The notes: a model not told the origin generated them from the sequence alone. DNA of 64,000 nucleotides from the human T2T-CHM13v2.0 reference genome, Homo sapiens (GCF_009914755.1 NC_060926.1), one strand, 5' to 3'; shown: positions 25,895-39,900, numbered from the stretch's first letter. Numbers and translations are program-made.

Positions 25895-27603
25895 ATTCTA
25901 AGTAATCTGAGGACAAAGGGAATATCTAAAATTCCTCTCTTGCTTAGTACCATGCTATGTGCAGAACTTTAGCTTAAAACACATTAGTATTGAAAAATAA
26001 GTAAACAATTATTGCATAGTTTGTTAAGTACAGATTGGTAAACATAATGGAAGAAACATAGGAAGAAGCATCATGCGGGGAGGGAGAGGAGATAGGATTC
26101 GTTAGGAAAGGGAATCAAATCTTTTTTAGCAGAATATTGAAGGTAGAACACAATCTTCCAGGACATAGAGCAAAGAGTATTCTTGAATACCTGAATAACA
26201 CCCACAAGGTCTTGGAGATGTGAAAAGATCTGGTAAGTTGAGAATCCAAAATTCATGGGAGAACAGTTGGAGAGTGAGAGATGAGTAGAAATGTGTGGTT
26301 GGACAAAGTTGTAAAGCTTTTCTGAATAAGCTGAGGAGACTGTTGTTCACCTGCAGCAGAAGAATTGGAATTAGCACAAGGTCCACAGCATCTGGCTTGT
26401 GTTAAATGTTAACTAGCTCACTTTACACTAAATCCCAGGGTGAATAAAATGTTTATTCCCCTGGTAGAATAGGAAATAAAAGCCAAAATCGTGGGCCTTC
26501 ATTGCTGCTGTTCTTTTCATTGTTTGTTTTGTTTTGTTTTGCATTGTATATCTTCAAATAGTTTTAGAGTTTTCTTGGTTTTTTTTTTAAGGTAATGAAT
26601 AATAATCAAAAGCTGCACTCTTTTTTGTGAATCAGCCAGAATATGATGGATTCAGGTTAGAAAAGGCAATTAGTAATTACGTTAACAAAACAAAACCAAA
26701 AATCCCTGAGGTTAGATAGTTCTAGTAGCATTGAGTGTTCATCCAGTGCTTGTGGAGTGGCTCACACTTTTTTTTTTCTTTTTTAGCAGTTAGTTAGCTG
26801 TCGGATCAAGTGCTGCCCAGTGTTACCACAAAAACTCTCACCAAACAAACTCAAGAAAACTAGGTCAGTCCTTGGAAACTGCCCAACTATGAACTGGGCC
26901 AGGCCATCTAGGATGGGGCAGCGGGCAGTACCACCCTGACACTGACAAGTGTGTTGCCTCTTGTAAAGAGCTGTTTGCCCATCCTGCCACACATAGCCAG
27001 GATACACAAATGGGGGGGCACAGATGTGCAATGGAAGCAAACAAGTGGTCAGCCCTACAATGCTGAGATTCTATTTACATGCTTTTTGTATCATGTCTTT
27101 ATTATATGCAATACTTGGAAACTTCACATTGCTACTATATTTTTTACTATGATTCATTAGCTTGAACTTTCAAACAACCCATACAGCTCCTTGATATGTT
27201 TGTAACTCTCTTGGCTTTCAATTTCACAGTATTCCCTGAAGTTAACTGTGATGCTATTTTATGTTTCTAAAGACAGCATATTTCTCCCTAGGTATACTAA
27301 TACTGAACAACTGACATACATTGTAATTTCATGGGGTGAAATGAGCTATTCTCAGGTCCTAGGTTGTTCAGCACAACAGTTTCCAAGTGTTCACACCTTT
27401 TATTCTCTACATCTATTATTATAATTTTCTTCGGACAATCACAAATGACTGAAATTATGAGAACTTGAAAATATTTGACAAAAGGTTATATCCCTATGCT
27501 TCTACAAAAGTACTAAAGAGGGTTTGTACATAGATTCCACTCAGACTTAAGGAGAAAGAATAAGGTAAATCGAAAAGAAGAAAGCTCTTACAAGCAGACC
27601 AAT

Positions 27604-27655
27604 GCATCATTCTATCATCATCACCATCATCATTGTCATTATTATCATCATCTTC
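27604..27655. repeat. Degenerate (CAT)n microsatellite
   Basis: catcattctatcatcatcaccatcatcattgtcattattatcatcatc. Confidence 0.8.
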
Positions 27656-27679
27656 ACTATGAATATATTTTGCCATACT

Positions 27680-28270
27680 AATACTGAAAAAGTTTCACAT
27701 TAAAATAAGATACCACTTTTGACTCAACAAATATTTAAGTAAGAATATGGCCATGGGTTTAGAAAATATGCATTCCTGTTCTGCTGGAGAAAGGGTAAAC
27801 TTGAGAATCATTGAGGAAATCAGTTAGAAAGTATGTAATACAAATGATAATTATTAATATTAAAATAATACAGTTTAATATAATTAGTAAGCATAATTAA
27901 TTTTAAAATTATTCAACACAAATAACCAAAAAGGCAAAGATTATAAAAAGTATTTGTTACAAATATAGAATGAACATTCCTGCGTTACTATGGGGAAAAT
28001 GGACATAATCCAAGTTTTTAACAGTAAAAGATTGGTTAATTATGCAACCATAAGATGTGTAGTTTTTAATATAAGTTTCACCATAATGATACGTATAAAA
28101 GGATATAGTATTGTACATACACAATTATAACTTTAAAATTTGCATGTTTTGTGCAAAAGTATATATATGAAAAATACTATACCACTATATTGGCTGTGGC
28201 TATCTTTTGGGTATAAATAGTTGGATTACGGATAATCTTTTTCTTTCTACTTAAATCATTTTATATTGCT
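27680..28270 (+). mobile_element. Old L1ME-like 3' fragment
   Basis: 'aaaataagataccactttt', 'ctgtggctatcttttggg...tggattacggataatcttt'. Confidence 0.45.
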
Positions 28271-28544
28271 TTTTAACCCTAAAAACAACAACAAAAAAGA
28301 TAGTAAAGATTTTTAAAGAACAACTTAAGGATATTTTTATAGATATCTAAACCAGTTGCTAGCTGGCTATTGTCTAAATACTAATGCCTGACTTGGTCAA
28401 CACAAGGAAATTCACTCACTTGTGAGTAACGATCTAACAAAGCTTATAGGAGTCAGTAGCTTACGTTGGCTTTTGACATAAACTGTGTAGTATGAAAAGG
28501 TAAGTATCTAATAATAGAGGCATTGTGAATTGTCCTTGAAGTTC

Positions 28545-29015
28545 TTAGGCTTGAAGAACCTTACTCTGATGCTCTGAAAATATTGATGCCATGCTTACTC
28601 CCCAGAGAGGTAATGAGTTTAAAGTGGGGACTAAGAGTAGGAAATTTTTAAAGCTCCCAGATGTGTTTAACATGCAACCAGAGTTAATAATTTGGGGGAT
28701 AGACAAGAGCTGCTCAAAGTGCGGTGTTGATCTCAAACTGTTCCTTACAGTCCACAGTGAGATTTATTCAGAAATTAGTAGTGAGATGAGTTCTGCAATT
28801 GAGAGTGACCATTTAAAAATGTTTATATAGAAATTTGACTTTGCCATGACATCCAAACAAGTGACTAGTAAACAACTCTCATTAAACAAGTTACAGACTA
28901 GCCTAAGTGCTTTTGAGCTCACTTGATGAACCACATGTAAATACCTCCTATCAGTCTGTGATGAAGTGAAAAAAAAAAAACTAAAAATAAAAACTGATCC
29001 TTCAGGACACAGGTT
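28545..29015. mobile_element. Adjacent hAT MER5-family elements (MER5A/B-like then MER5C-like)
   Basis: 'tttttaaagctcccagatgtgtttaacatgcaaccagagtt'; 'aatttgactttgccatgacatccaa...aaactgatccttca'. Confidence 0.6.
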
Positions 29016-29929
29016 TATGTGCCTACCTTCCCAGCTACATTGTCAGTTATTGAGTATCACCCATAGAGCTTAGTACAAACTATACCTACAGCAGGTACTC
29101 CAAATACTTCCTGAATTGTAATGAATGATGTTTTTTTTTTTTTTCCATTTAAGAAGATAACTGACTTTTAACAGGAGCCATTAGTGTTGTGATGTCTTTA
29201 CAATAAAATAATTTACTTAGGACAGTGGAGGTTTCCGTTATTATAGTTAAACTGACCTGAAATGCTTTGCAGCAGAACAAGCTTCTTCATGCCCTTTAAG
29301 TGATCTTATGTCTGTTCTCTTACTTAGTTGATGTATTTGTAATGTATCATCCCTTACTGGCCCAGGTCCACTGACTCCATTGCAGCAAGAATGGGGGGAT
29401 TCTGACAAGTCCCATCAATGGCAGCCTTTGGCCATAGGTCACCTGTCTCAGCTTTGTAAGGATCATACATAGACCTGCACTGGCTCCACCTAATCAACAC
29501 TCGCCTCCCACTCTCACTTTTGGACATTTGAGTTTGGAAGACATTCACCAAGCACTAAAAATGGGAGTGTCAAAACCACAGATTTTGCTGAACAAATGCC
29601 CTCTGTTCTACGCTTCACAAGTTTGTTCAGATCTAAGATAACATTGTCATAGAAATCCAAGTCTGAGTCTTCATGAACTGATGTGTGATTTACCAAGGCT
29701 AAACTGTCTTCTAGCATCAGCTTTAGTTATGCACAATAATTGGCCTCCATGATTGTAATCTGATAGATGTGTGCCATGGATAGTCACCTTTGTTGACAAA
29801 GATGGCAAAGATTGGTTTTATGGAATATCTGGGAAAGCCAAAGAAAGGAAGAACTTGTTATATTTGCATGTGCATCTTTTTGCACACTGTGTATAGATAA
29901 ACAGGTGAAGAAAGAATGTTGCAATATGT

Positions 29930-30248
29930 GTCAAGACTATTGCAATATGGGAGAGGAAAAGGGCTCAACTCAGAATATAGCATGGATAACTGGAGACTTA
30001 TAATGAATAGGCAGAGTTGGTGGGAGTTAATGGATGAAAAATTACATAGAGGAGACATCAAGAGTAGGAGCATTCTTGCTAAACCAACTTGACAGGATTC
30101 TTGCTTGACGTAGCAAGATATCAAGGGTGAGAGGATTCTCCCTACACTGACTTAGCAGGATTCTTTCTAAAACTGGGCTAGGAAGGCCCAAGACAAGACC
30201 TAGTTGAGAGAGGGCTCAGAAGACCCTGTCTAAAGTTTGGTCAAGAGT
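29930..30248 (-). mobile_element. ERV1 LTR, MER31-like
   Basis: 'cctagttgagagagggctcagaagaccctgtctaaagtttggtcaag' is the reverse complement of the MER31 5' end. Confidence 0.8.
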
Positions 30249-31064
30249 TCCATAAAAGGTGTATATATGCTTATATGTATATGTTTGCATATATAATAAA
30301 CTCTCTAAAATAAACATACTTATTGAGAAGTGTAGGAAATACAGAATACTTAGAGTGAAATATGTATCATTCCAGCACCCAAGGGAAACATTTTTTCATC
30401 CATTATGCTTCCTTTCCGTATTTTAATCCATAAATATAGATTTAAAAGCATAATAATAGTAAACAAATTCAAATATCAAAAAAAAGAGAATTTCAAAAAA
30501 AGACCAAAACTGTTCTTAGCTGTACACCAGTTCTGAGGACAGGATTCATAACCTACACCATCCCTGACAGCACCTTGCAGATGAAAATGTTGATTTAAGG
30601 GCAATTGTCTCCGATGAATTTTACCAATGTGTGACAATTACCCAAGTTCCTGGGCTGAGAAGCAGCCCTGCCTGCTCTGAAAAGTTATAGTGCCCAGTAG
30701 TCCTCAAAATTCCTCATTCGTTACCCAGAGTGAGATGAAGAGGTAAGCTTTGGGGATGGTAGGGTGGGGATTGGGTACAGAAAGGAGAACAGGAAGATTT
30801 TGCACACCAATTTGAAGCTTGCAAAACAGAAGGGTATCAGTTTAAGTTTTTGGCTGAAATAAACCAGCATTCTGATGTGTTTCTTTGCATGGTTGCTGTG
30901 CTGAGTATTTAACTCAGGATCTGTTGCAACAGCTTCCTTGGCTGTCAGGTGAAGATAATAATACCTACTTTCCTAATTCATAGATGTTTTGTAATGATAA
31001 CATAATTTACAGGGCTGAAAATGTTTACAATATTAAATACACTGAGATACCATTCATGTAATTT

Positions 31065-31295
31065 ATAGGAGATTAGATAGTAAATATTTTAGGCTATGTG
31101 GATCATGATGTCTCCGTCACAGCCCTTCCACCCTGCCTTTAGGGTGTGAAAGCAGCCATAGACTATAAGTGACCAAAAGAGCATGCCTCGCCCCAATAAA
31201 ACTTTACTTATGGACACTGAATATAAATTTCACTTTCACATTCACTTTATGTGTCATTATTTGCTCAGCACAATTTATTTCCTCAGCCACATTTT
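31065..31295. mobile_element. hAT MER58 (B-like)
   Basis: 'agatagtaaatattttaggct...gaaagcagccatagac...ccaataaaactttacttatggacactgaa'. Confidence 0.8.
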
Positions 31296-32358
31296 AAGCT
31301 ACTAGAGGGTAGAGCCTAACTCATCCTTTTGTGCTAGGCAGATATTAGATAAATATTGAACGATAGATCGATAGTGCTAGGCTATGTTTTGGTTAAAGAA
31401 CCATAGAAAAGAAAAGGTGTCTTGTAGAAGTCTTGCTTCTTCTTTGATGTAAGAAATTCACAGTAAGTCATGGATGAGGGATTGGGATGCCAACAGCCAC
31501 CTCTACATTTTTTTGTAAACACAGAAACAATGCCTCTTAAGATCACAGTGATAACCCCTTTAACCTGTGTGCTTTGGAGAACAGAACGACCAGAAGAAAT
31601 GACTTAGGTCTCCAGGAGAGCAAGCAATCAATGTCAAGAAAAATGGTTTTATTACAAACTGAGCTGCTGAGAAATTTCAGTTCCCTGTTGCTCCCTGAGG
31701 CCAACCATAGGGACTCAGGGCTCCGCAAGCTCACGTACGGGCCTGCAAGATGCAACACTTCCTAGGATGAGAAGTAACAAGCCTCCTCGGGGAATGAAGG
31801 CAGAAAATCTCTATTTAAGGGAATCATGAAGTAATCTCTTCTCCAAAGAGTTGAGAGACACGTACCTTACTTGACTGGAAATTGTGAGCAAATAAAAACA
31901 ATATGTGAGCGAGAATCATTGTTTACTGCTTCGACTTCCAGTCGGGAGGCTGGGTAGATGGCTCACCATGATGCCAATGAATAATATATGACCTCCACAC
32001 TGTGTCCTCTGTCTTTTTAGGAGCATCATAGGCCAATGAGTAGAATGTCAGGCCAGGGGAAGTGGCTGGAGCTATGACAGCCTCATATTTCTTCCTTGGA
32101 GGGGCATTACCCTATATGTAGAGGAAAGGAGATTCTTGTTTGGTGACACAGTGAACTGCAACTACTTCTCCAACTCTTCTGCCAGGGATAATAATGAAGT
32201 AGACATGATTCAGGAATGTTGTTCCTTAAGGATGCTCAGGAAACAATTCTTTATCATTGCAACTCTCTATGTGGAGGTACAGAGGTAAGAAGACTGCTCT
32301 TGTTCCCATAGACCTTTGCTGTATCTTTGAAATAATATTCTTGCTATTCTGACCCTAA

Positions 32359-33355
32359 TGAAAGGTAGCAGAATATGCCACCCAACATATGCCACTTTGC
32401 AATGAAGGATTATTTGACCTAAATTCAACTGAGAAGAAGCAGATATAAGAAATGCTTTCTGCCCTCCCCTTATTTGCCCAAAAGAAGAATATAAATTTGT
32501 AAAGTTATCCTCCCACCTCCTTATAAGGAAAGACAGAAGTTAATCACTGGCAACAACTTATCAGCCCTAAATTGACACCGGAGGAATTGACATAAACTTT
32601 TAACCAGTTTGGGAGACCAGAATATGTCTTCCCAAAAGATGACGGATTGTTGAGCTGAAAACAGTTAAGAAGCAGATACAAGAAAGCTCTTTGCCTTTCC
32701 TCTATTTGCCAAAGAGCAAGACACATATTGGCAAAGACAGAAGACATCTCACCTCCCCTGTCTACCAAGGAATAAAAGATTAACCACCGAAGACAACTTT
32801 GGACATTTATCTGCCTGGAGATGATACCAGAGGAATGTACATTAGCAAGCTTTACTAACTATATTCTTTATTGAAGATGCTATATATACTGGATTTGAAG
32901 CCACCTTTCAGAGTACAGCTCATTCCCTGGGTGTCTCCAATATATGTATGAAATATACATGTTAATAAACTTCTATTCGCTTTTCTCTTGTTGATATTTT
33001 GTTACAAAGGTCAGTACTGCCTAAGAACTTATGGGGTTGACTCTTCCTTCCACTACACCAGTTTTTATCTACCATTGCTTCCCCATACGTTTGCCTTCCC
33101 ACCATGTTTTTACCCTAGAAACAAAGTCCTTTTCCTTTGTCTTGTAATTTATCTAAAAATTTATCATTTTTGTTAAGATTTTATATAAACCCAAGTTCTA
33201 ACCATGCCTTTGAGTTATTCATTACTGTGTACTCCCATGTGTATTTGATGAACATATTAATGAAGTTTTGTTTTTCTCTTGATAATCTTTCTTTGATCAG
33301 TTTAATTTTATGGAGCTCCAACCAGAGAACCTAGGAGGGTAGAAGAAAAACATCT
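32359..33355 (+). mobile_element. ERV1 solo LTR, MER34-group (outer element)
   Basis: 'cagaatatgccaccc...atatgccactttg' start; 'ctctttgataatc...gaacctaggagggtagaagaaa' end. Confidence 0.78.
32608..33057 (+). mobile_element. ERV1 solo LTR, MER34-group (inner, nested)
   Basis: tttgggagaccagaatatg...ttccactaca flanked by 4-bp TSD ccag at 32604-32607 and 33058-33061. Confidence 0.82.
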
Positions 33356-33949
33356 GTATTGAAGGGTGGAAGAGACATACAGGAAATTAAGCCAATTATC
33401 TAAAAATGACTTCATGACAAAAAAAAGTCTGGAGCATAACTCTTGCATTCTCAACTAAAATATCTATTGGTTTAAAAGCACTTGTTTAGAGATCTAAGTT
33501 AGATTTCTAAAAGAATCTTTATCAGACACTTCACAATTCGTCCCCCACTCCTAGTTTTCTCTCTAGTTAAAATGCCCTTCATAATCTATGCTTCAAACAC
33601 ATTACACTTCACATGTTCTTGTTCCGGAATAAATTCTAGTAGAGTATACATGCTGTATAGACTTTGCTCCAGTAGTCACAGCACACCTACACCCATGCCC
33701 TTTAATGATTCCTTTGATCAAAGAATCTAAAATCCTGCCACGTATCTGAATGCATTTCAAGCACAGGAGGTACTATCTGGAAGTGTCTCAGCTTCTAAGT
33801 TACCTGTCTCAGGGGTTACATATAAAATTCTAATGTTTTGTATCCACATAGGATTATATGAACCCCATCAAATCACCCCTAATAAGTTCCCCCAATCCTC
33901 TCTTACCTTTCTTATCATTATATTCAAGATATATATCTCCTAAGGTATC

Positions 33950-34541
33950 AAAAGGTCAAATTTGATATTCTACTATCTACTTTAAAGCATGAGATTCAGA
34001 TCATCTGTATTATCATGGTTTAACTATCAGGCCTTAGATCTGAAAGTACCTAGGTCAAATGGATTTTCTATTCTCTCCAGAAAATCCTGACCTAACAAGA
34101 TGAGGCTGTAAACTGATAAATATTTTGCTGTCTTCAGGAAACTTCATCAAACAAATATATCTGTACAAACAATTTAGTTATCTGGATAAATAGTTCTTCT
34201 ATCAGAACAGATTTTTTCATCTGCTTGCTTATCGAAGAAGAGTTAATTTATCAAGAGTGGTTAATTTATCAAGTGTGGTTTATCATCCTTACTATATCAA
34301 TTATAAACTATTATGCCATGAATTTTACCTACCTACAAACAACTGTATACCTTGAAAGACTGATCTTAAACTATTTGACACCAGAGCCCCTAACCTTAAA
34401 ACTATCCCCTCCTGATCCCCTGTTCTGAGACACTGTGATTCTACTAAGGTGGTATTTTCTCTTTTTTAAATAGGTACAATAAAGCTAGCTTTGCTTGATC
34501 AATAAACTCTTGTGGTCTTTTGGGAAATTCAGAATTTGATA
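33950..34541 (+). mobile_element. ERV1 LTR, MER90/MER110-like
   Basis: 'tctgagacact...aaggtggtattttctc...caataaagctagctttgcttgatcaa...ggtcttttggg' 3' end. Confidence 0.6.
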
Positions 34542-34629
34542 AACATATGGAACTAAGAAACCTTATTCACCTCCTTTCACTTTTCTTTTCCTAACTCTAC
34601 TGTATACTTGGGCTTTACTCAATGTATAG

Positions 34630-34822
34630 CCTAATAATAATTGTATATAGTTAATAGCATTAATTGTCTTAATTCTTACAACCACTCAGTGAAATAGCAA
34701 CTATTATTGTTCTAGTTTTAGAAATAAGAAAAGAAAAGCATAAAAATTTTAATAGTTGGTGGGCTGGGATTTGAACTCAGGCAGGATGGATCCAGAGTTT
34801 TGTTTTTTAGCCACCATTCTAT
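34630..34822 (-). mobile_element. MIR
   Basis: 'ttaattcttacaaccact...gggctgggatttgaactcaggcag...tccagag'. Confidence 0.7.
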
Positions 34823-34887
34823 TTTTCCAGGGACCATTATTATTATTGAACTTGACATTTCAAGTTTCTGTTGATTCTTTTATCAGT

Positions 34888-35442
34888 TGTTACAAGGCCA
34901 CTAGGTTTGTGCCCATTGCATGGTAACGTACTAATACCCTGAAACAGCAGGAATAGCAGCAGAGAAAGAGTTTAATGGTTGAATGGTAAAGCAGTGAAGA
35001 GATGGGAGGGAACCTAAAATCTGCCTCCCCAAGGAGTTTTGGACTGAGATTTTTAAGGGAATTTTCACAGGTATGGGGCTGAGGAGTTGGGGGCCACTGA
35101 TTGTCTAGGGTGTGGGGGATGAAATAACAAAGGTGTAGAAACTGCATTCTTACATTGAGTCAGTTCCTCAGAGGCAGTTTTCAGACAAGCTGGCATCAGT
35201 GAACCCACTGGAATGCAGAATCTGAAAAATATCCCAAATGGAAACCTTGGAGTTTCTTAGCATTAAAGATGTTATCTATAAAAGGACCTAGTGAGAAAAG
35301 TTTTGTAACTTTTAGCAGTAAGCAGCTATAGAGAAGTAGGCTATAGGGAAAGCTGGTAATGCTTATCTATGCTTTTACTAAAGTTTAGTTTTTGTTAAAA
35401 ACCTAGCAGTTTAGTTTTATTAATTTTATTAGAATGGTTTCA
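34888..35442 (-). mobile_element. ERV1 solo LTR (MER4-group, LTR8/LTR19-like)
   Basis: tgttac...ggtttca termini; imperfect TSD cagt/cagg; 'gcagagaaagagtttaat' (reverse attaaa signal). Confidence 0.75.
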
Positions 35443-36957
35443 CAGGTACTCTCAGAACTGTGTACTGATGTCTGTTGGCACTAAAAATCTAACCATAAAA
35501 ACTATATGGAGTCTCAAGCCCCTCCGAACTCTTGAGTTAAATCAGAAATGATAAGAAACCACAATGCATTTAATCAACAATGCATTAAAATGCATGTTCT
35601 AATTCCTCTGTGAGCTTATCTTTTAATCTCCACAATATTACAAATAACACTATCACACCTCTTTTTCAATTCATTATTGGATCTAAACCATATCACTTAA
35701 TCATTAATGAACATCTAGTATATTCATTCTAACAATAATAAAGTAAGATTCTGGCTTCAAATTCAATAACACTTACAATGACTCTCCCTCCTCAAAAAAA
35801 AAATTCCTCAACTCTTTCTGATTCTTTTCCAATGAATTTGCATTTAGGCAGTTTACCTGAAAGCTTTAATATTTCAGCTACATTGAAATTTCACTGAACA
35901 TCAATTGTCTTATCTACATTAATGAAAGTGTCAGTAGCAGGACAATCCAAATAGTGGATAATTCTAAAACCCTTGCATTTGGCTTTGGGATGCAGTATCC
36001 TACGTGGAAATGGCCTCAGTTACTTCCCTAATACTACATGTTTCAGTCAAATACACAGTCACTGACAGAAGACAGGTAGAGATTGAGATGGGAAATGAAC
36101 ATTTATTACAAAAAAATTCCCCATAGAGGATCATTCTCAGACAAAAAATAGAAAAGAAGTCACTAGGAAGGATGAGTTTTGTCTCCTAAGTAGCTTATCT
36201 TTCAGATCTGAGGCCATAGAATTCATGGCTTAGCAAGAGAATTCTGGCTGCTTTGACTATTGAGAAACTCATTCACATGGTATTTTGCTGAAAGAAGGTT
36301 TATTGGAATTAAAAGCTGTTGTTTGCTTTAAAAAAATATATGAGAAGAAGTTTTTATGTGTCAATGAATTGGCTGAAACAAGGGAACACTCTCTGAGGGC
36401 AATATTAAATTCAACCTGAGGTACTCTGAAGGTTTACCTTGTTGTATTTATCGCAGGAAGATAGAGGGTTATTGAGGTTGAGATGAGGTGCATACCATAT
36501 TGTCTTTTCTAATTACTTTACAGAGAGCAGTGAAAGTCATGGCCCTGGCATTCCTGGCCACCACCGCCTTGCTCCAACTCTTGGGCATTTGTTCCTTGGA
36601 GTGAGATAATTGAGACCTTTATGTAGTTTTGAGAAACACTTGTCATGAAATACTGTAAAAATGTGTCGAGAAATATACTTATTGAAGTATTTATTTTGTT
36701 TTTTGTCAAGAAAAACTGAAAATTTAGTTTATTTTACAAATACGAAGTTTCCTATTAAAAAAAAAAAAAAGAAGACTCATCCTAGAGCAAACATGAAAGA
36801 ATTCAACCCAAGCAGCTACCTCTCACATGTTCCTCTGTGCACTAACCAACTTCTTTGTGGGAGTAAAGCTAATTTACTCTTTAATAAATATTATTAGTGA
36901 GTCTGGTATAACACATGTGCCTATGTGCTTAGCCAAATCTATGTTTTGCTAAAGATG

Positions 36958-39900
36958 TTTCTTTTTTATCTCTCTTTCTTAAAATTTTATTTTAGGTTCA
37001 GGGGTACATGGGCAGATTTGTTCCATGGGTAAATTGCATTACCTGTGGGTTTGGTGCACCGATTATTTCATCACCCTGGAGATAAGCATAGTACCCAATA
37101 GGTAGTTTTCCAATCCTCACTCTCCTCCCACCCTCCACCCTCAAGTAGGCCCTGGTGTTTATTGTACCCTTTTTTGGGTCCACATATATTCAATGTTTAG
37201 CTCCCACTTATAAGTGACAGCATGTGGTATCTGGCTTTCTGTTCCTGTGTTAGTTCACTTAGGATAATGGCCATGGGTTTCATCCATGTTGCTGAAAAAG
37301 ACATCATCTTGTTCTTGTTTACAGCTGCATCATATTCCATGGTGTACATGTATCACATTTTCCTTATTTAGTCCACTGTAGATAGGCATCTAGGTTGATT
37401 CCGTGTTTTCGCCATTGTGAATATAGTGCTGTGATAAACATGCGTGCGTGTGGTTCTTTACGGTAGAATAATTTATACGCCTCTGGATATCTACCCAACA
37501 ATGGATTGGTGCATCAAATCATAGTTCTGTTTTAAGTTCTTTGAGAAATCACCAAACTACTTTCCATATTGTCTGAACTAATTTACATTCCCAACAGCAG
37601 TGTATAAGCATTCCAGGTTCTCTGCATTCTCACCAGCATTTGTTACTTTTTGACTTTTTTATAATAGCTACTCTGATTAGTATGATATGCTATCTCATTG
37701 TAGTTTTGAATTTCACTTTTTAATGATTAATAATGTTGAGCATTTTTTGTATTCTTGTTGTGAGTACACATATCTTCTTTTGTAAAGTGTCTGTTCTTAT
37801 AATTTGCCCACTTTTTAATGGGATTGTTTATTTTTTTTGGTTTGGTCAGTTAAGTTCCTTACAGATTCTGGATATTAGACCTTTGCTGGATGCATAGTTT
37901 GCAAATATTTTCTGCAATTCTGTAGGTTGTTTACTCTGTTGCTGGTTTCTTTCACTGTGCAGAAGCTCTTTAGTTTAACTGTCAATTTTTGTTTTTGTTG
38001 CAATTGGTTTTGACATCTTTGTCATGAAATCTTTCCCAGGGCCTATGTCCAGAATGGTACTTCCTAGGTCATCTTCTAGTGTTTTTATAATTTTAAGTTT
38101 TACCTTTACATCTTTAATTCATCTTGAGTTGATTGTTGTATACGGTGAAAAAAAAGGGATCCAGTTTCAATCTTTTGCATATGGCTAGCCAGTTATCCTA
38201 GCACCATTTATTGAATAGGTTGTCTTTTCCCCTTTGTTCGTTTTTGTCAGTTTTGTTGAAGATCAGATGGTTGTAGATACGTGGTTTTAGTTCTGGCTCT
38301 CTATTTTGTTTCACTGGTCTATGTGTCTGTTTTTGTATCAAGATCATGCTGTTTTGGTTACAAGTCTACTTGTAATCAAAGTAGTAACCTTGTAGTTTGA
38401 AATACGATAATGTGATACCTCTGGCTTTGTTCTTTTTGCTTAGGATTGTTTTGGCTATTCAGGCACTTTTTTGGTTCCATGTGAATTTTAGAACAGTTTT
38501 TTTCTAATTTTGTGAAAAATGTCATTGGTAGTTTGACAGGAGTAGCACTCAATCTGTAAATTGAGTTTTGGGCAGTATGGCCATTTTAGGAGTATTGATT
38601 TTCCTATTCATGAGCATAGAATGGTTTTTCATTTGTCTGTGTCAACTATGATTTCTTTCAGCTGTGTTTTGTAAGTCTTGTTGTAGAAATCTTTTAACTT
38701 CCTGGTTAGCTGTATTCCTAGGTATTTTATTTTTGTGTGTGTGGCTATTGTGAATGGAACAGAGTTCTTGATTTGGCTCTCGGCTTGGATGTTGTTGATA
38801 TATAAGAATACTATTGGTTTTGTACATTGGTTTTGTATCCTGAAAGTGTACTGAAGTTGATTATCCGATCTAGCAGCTTTGGGGCAAAGAATATGGGGTT
38901 TCTAGGTGGAGAATCATATCTGTAAACAGATAATTTGACTTCTTCTCTTCCTATTTGGATGCCTTTTATTAATTTATGTTGCTTGATTGCTCTGGCTAGA
39001 TCTCCCCATACTAAGCTGAATAGGTGTGGTGACAGTGGGCACCCTTGTCTTGTTCTGGTTCTCAAGAGGAATGCTTCTAGCTTTTTCCTATTCAGTATGA
39101 TGTTGGCTGTGGGTTTGTCATAGATTGGTCCTTTTTTTTTTTTTCTGAAGTATGTTTCTTCAATGTCTGGTTTGTTGAGAGTTATTAACATGAAGGGATG
39201 TTGAATTTTATTGAAAGCCTTTTCTGTTATCTATTGAGATGATCATGTGGTTTTTGTTTTTAGATCTGTTTACGGGATGAATCACATTTATTGATTTGCA
39301 TATGTTGAACCAACCTTGCATCCCAGGTATAAATCCTACTTTATCATGACAGGTTAGCATTTTGATGTGCTGCTGAATTTGTGTTGCTAGTATTTCATTG
39401 AGGATTTTTGCATAGATGATCATCAAGGATATTGGTCTAAATTTTTTTGTGTTGTTGTTGTGTCTCTGCCATGTTTTGTTATCAGGATGATACTGGCCTC
39501 ATAGGAAGAGTTAGGGAGGAGTCCCTCTTCCTCAGTTTTTCGGGAAAGTTTCAGTAGAAATGACACCATCTCTTCTTCATACATCTGGTAGAATTTTAGT
39601 GTGAATCTATCTGGTCCTGGGCTTTCTTGGTTGGTACTGACACCGATTCAATATTAGAACTCCTTATTGGTCTGTTCAGGGATTCAATTTTTTCCTGTTT
39701 TAATCTTTGAAGGTTGTATTTTCCATTAGTTTATCCATTTCTTGTAGGTTTTCTATTTTGCGTGCATAGAGGTATTTATAATAGTCTCAGATTTTTTGTA
39801 TTTCTGTGAGGTTGGTGGTAATGTTCCCTTTGTCATTTCTGACTGTTTACTTGAATCTTCTCTTTTTCTTTGTTTAGCTGGTGGTCTTAGTTATTCTTTC

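Noticed and set aside
26769-27060. Polypyrimidine tract plus AG resembling a splice acceptor
   Set aside because: No coherent downstream exon or donor could be supported from sequence alone
29354-29717. Two minus-strand ORFs with protein-like composition (possible exon or CR1 relic)
   Set aside because: No motif I can name with confidence; the frames are short and discontinuous
34242-34277. 18-bp tandem duplication inside an LTR
   Set aside because: Ordinary slippage duplication; two units with no spacers, so not an array
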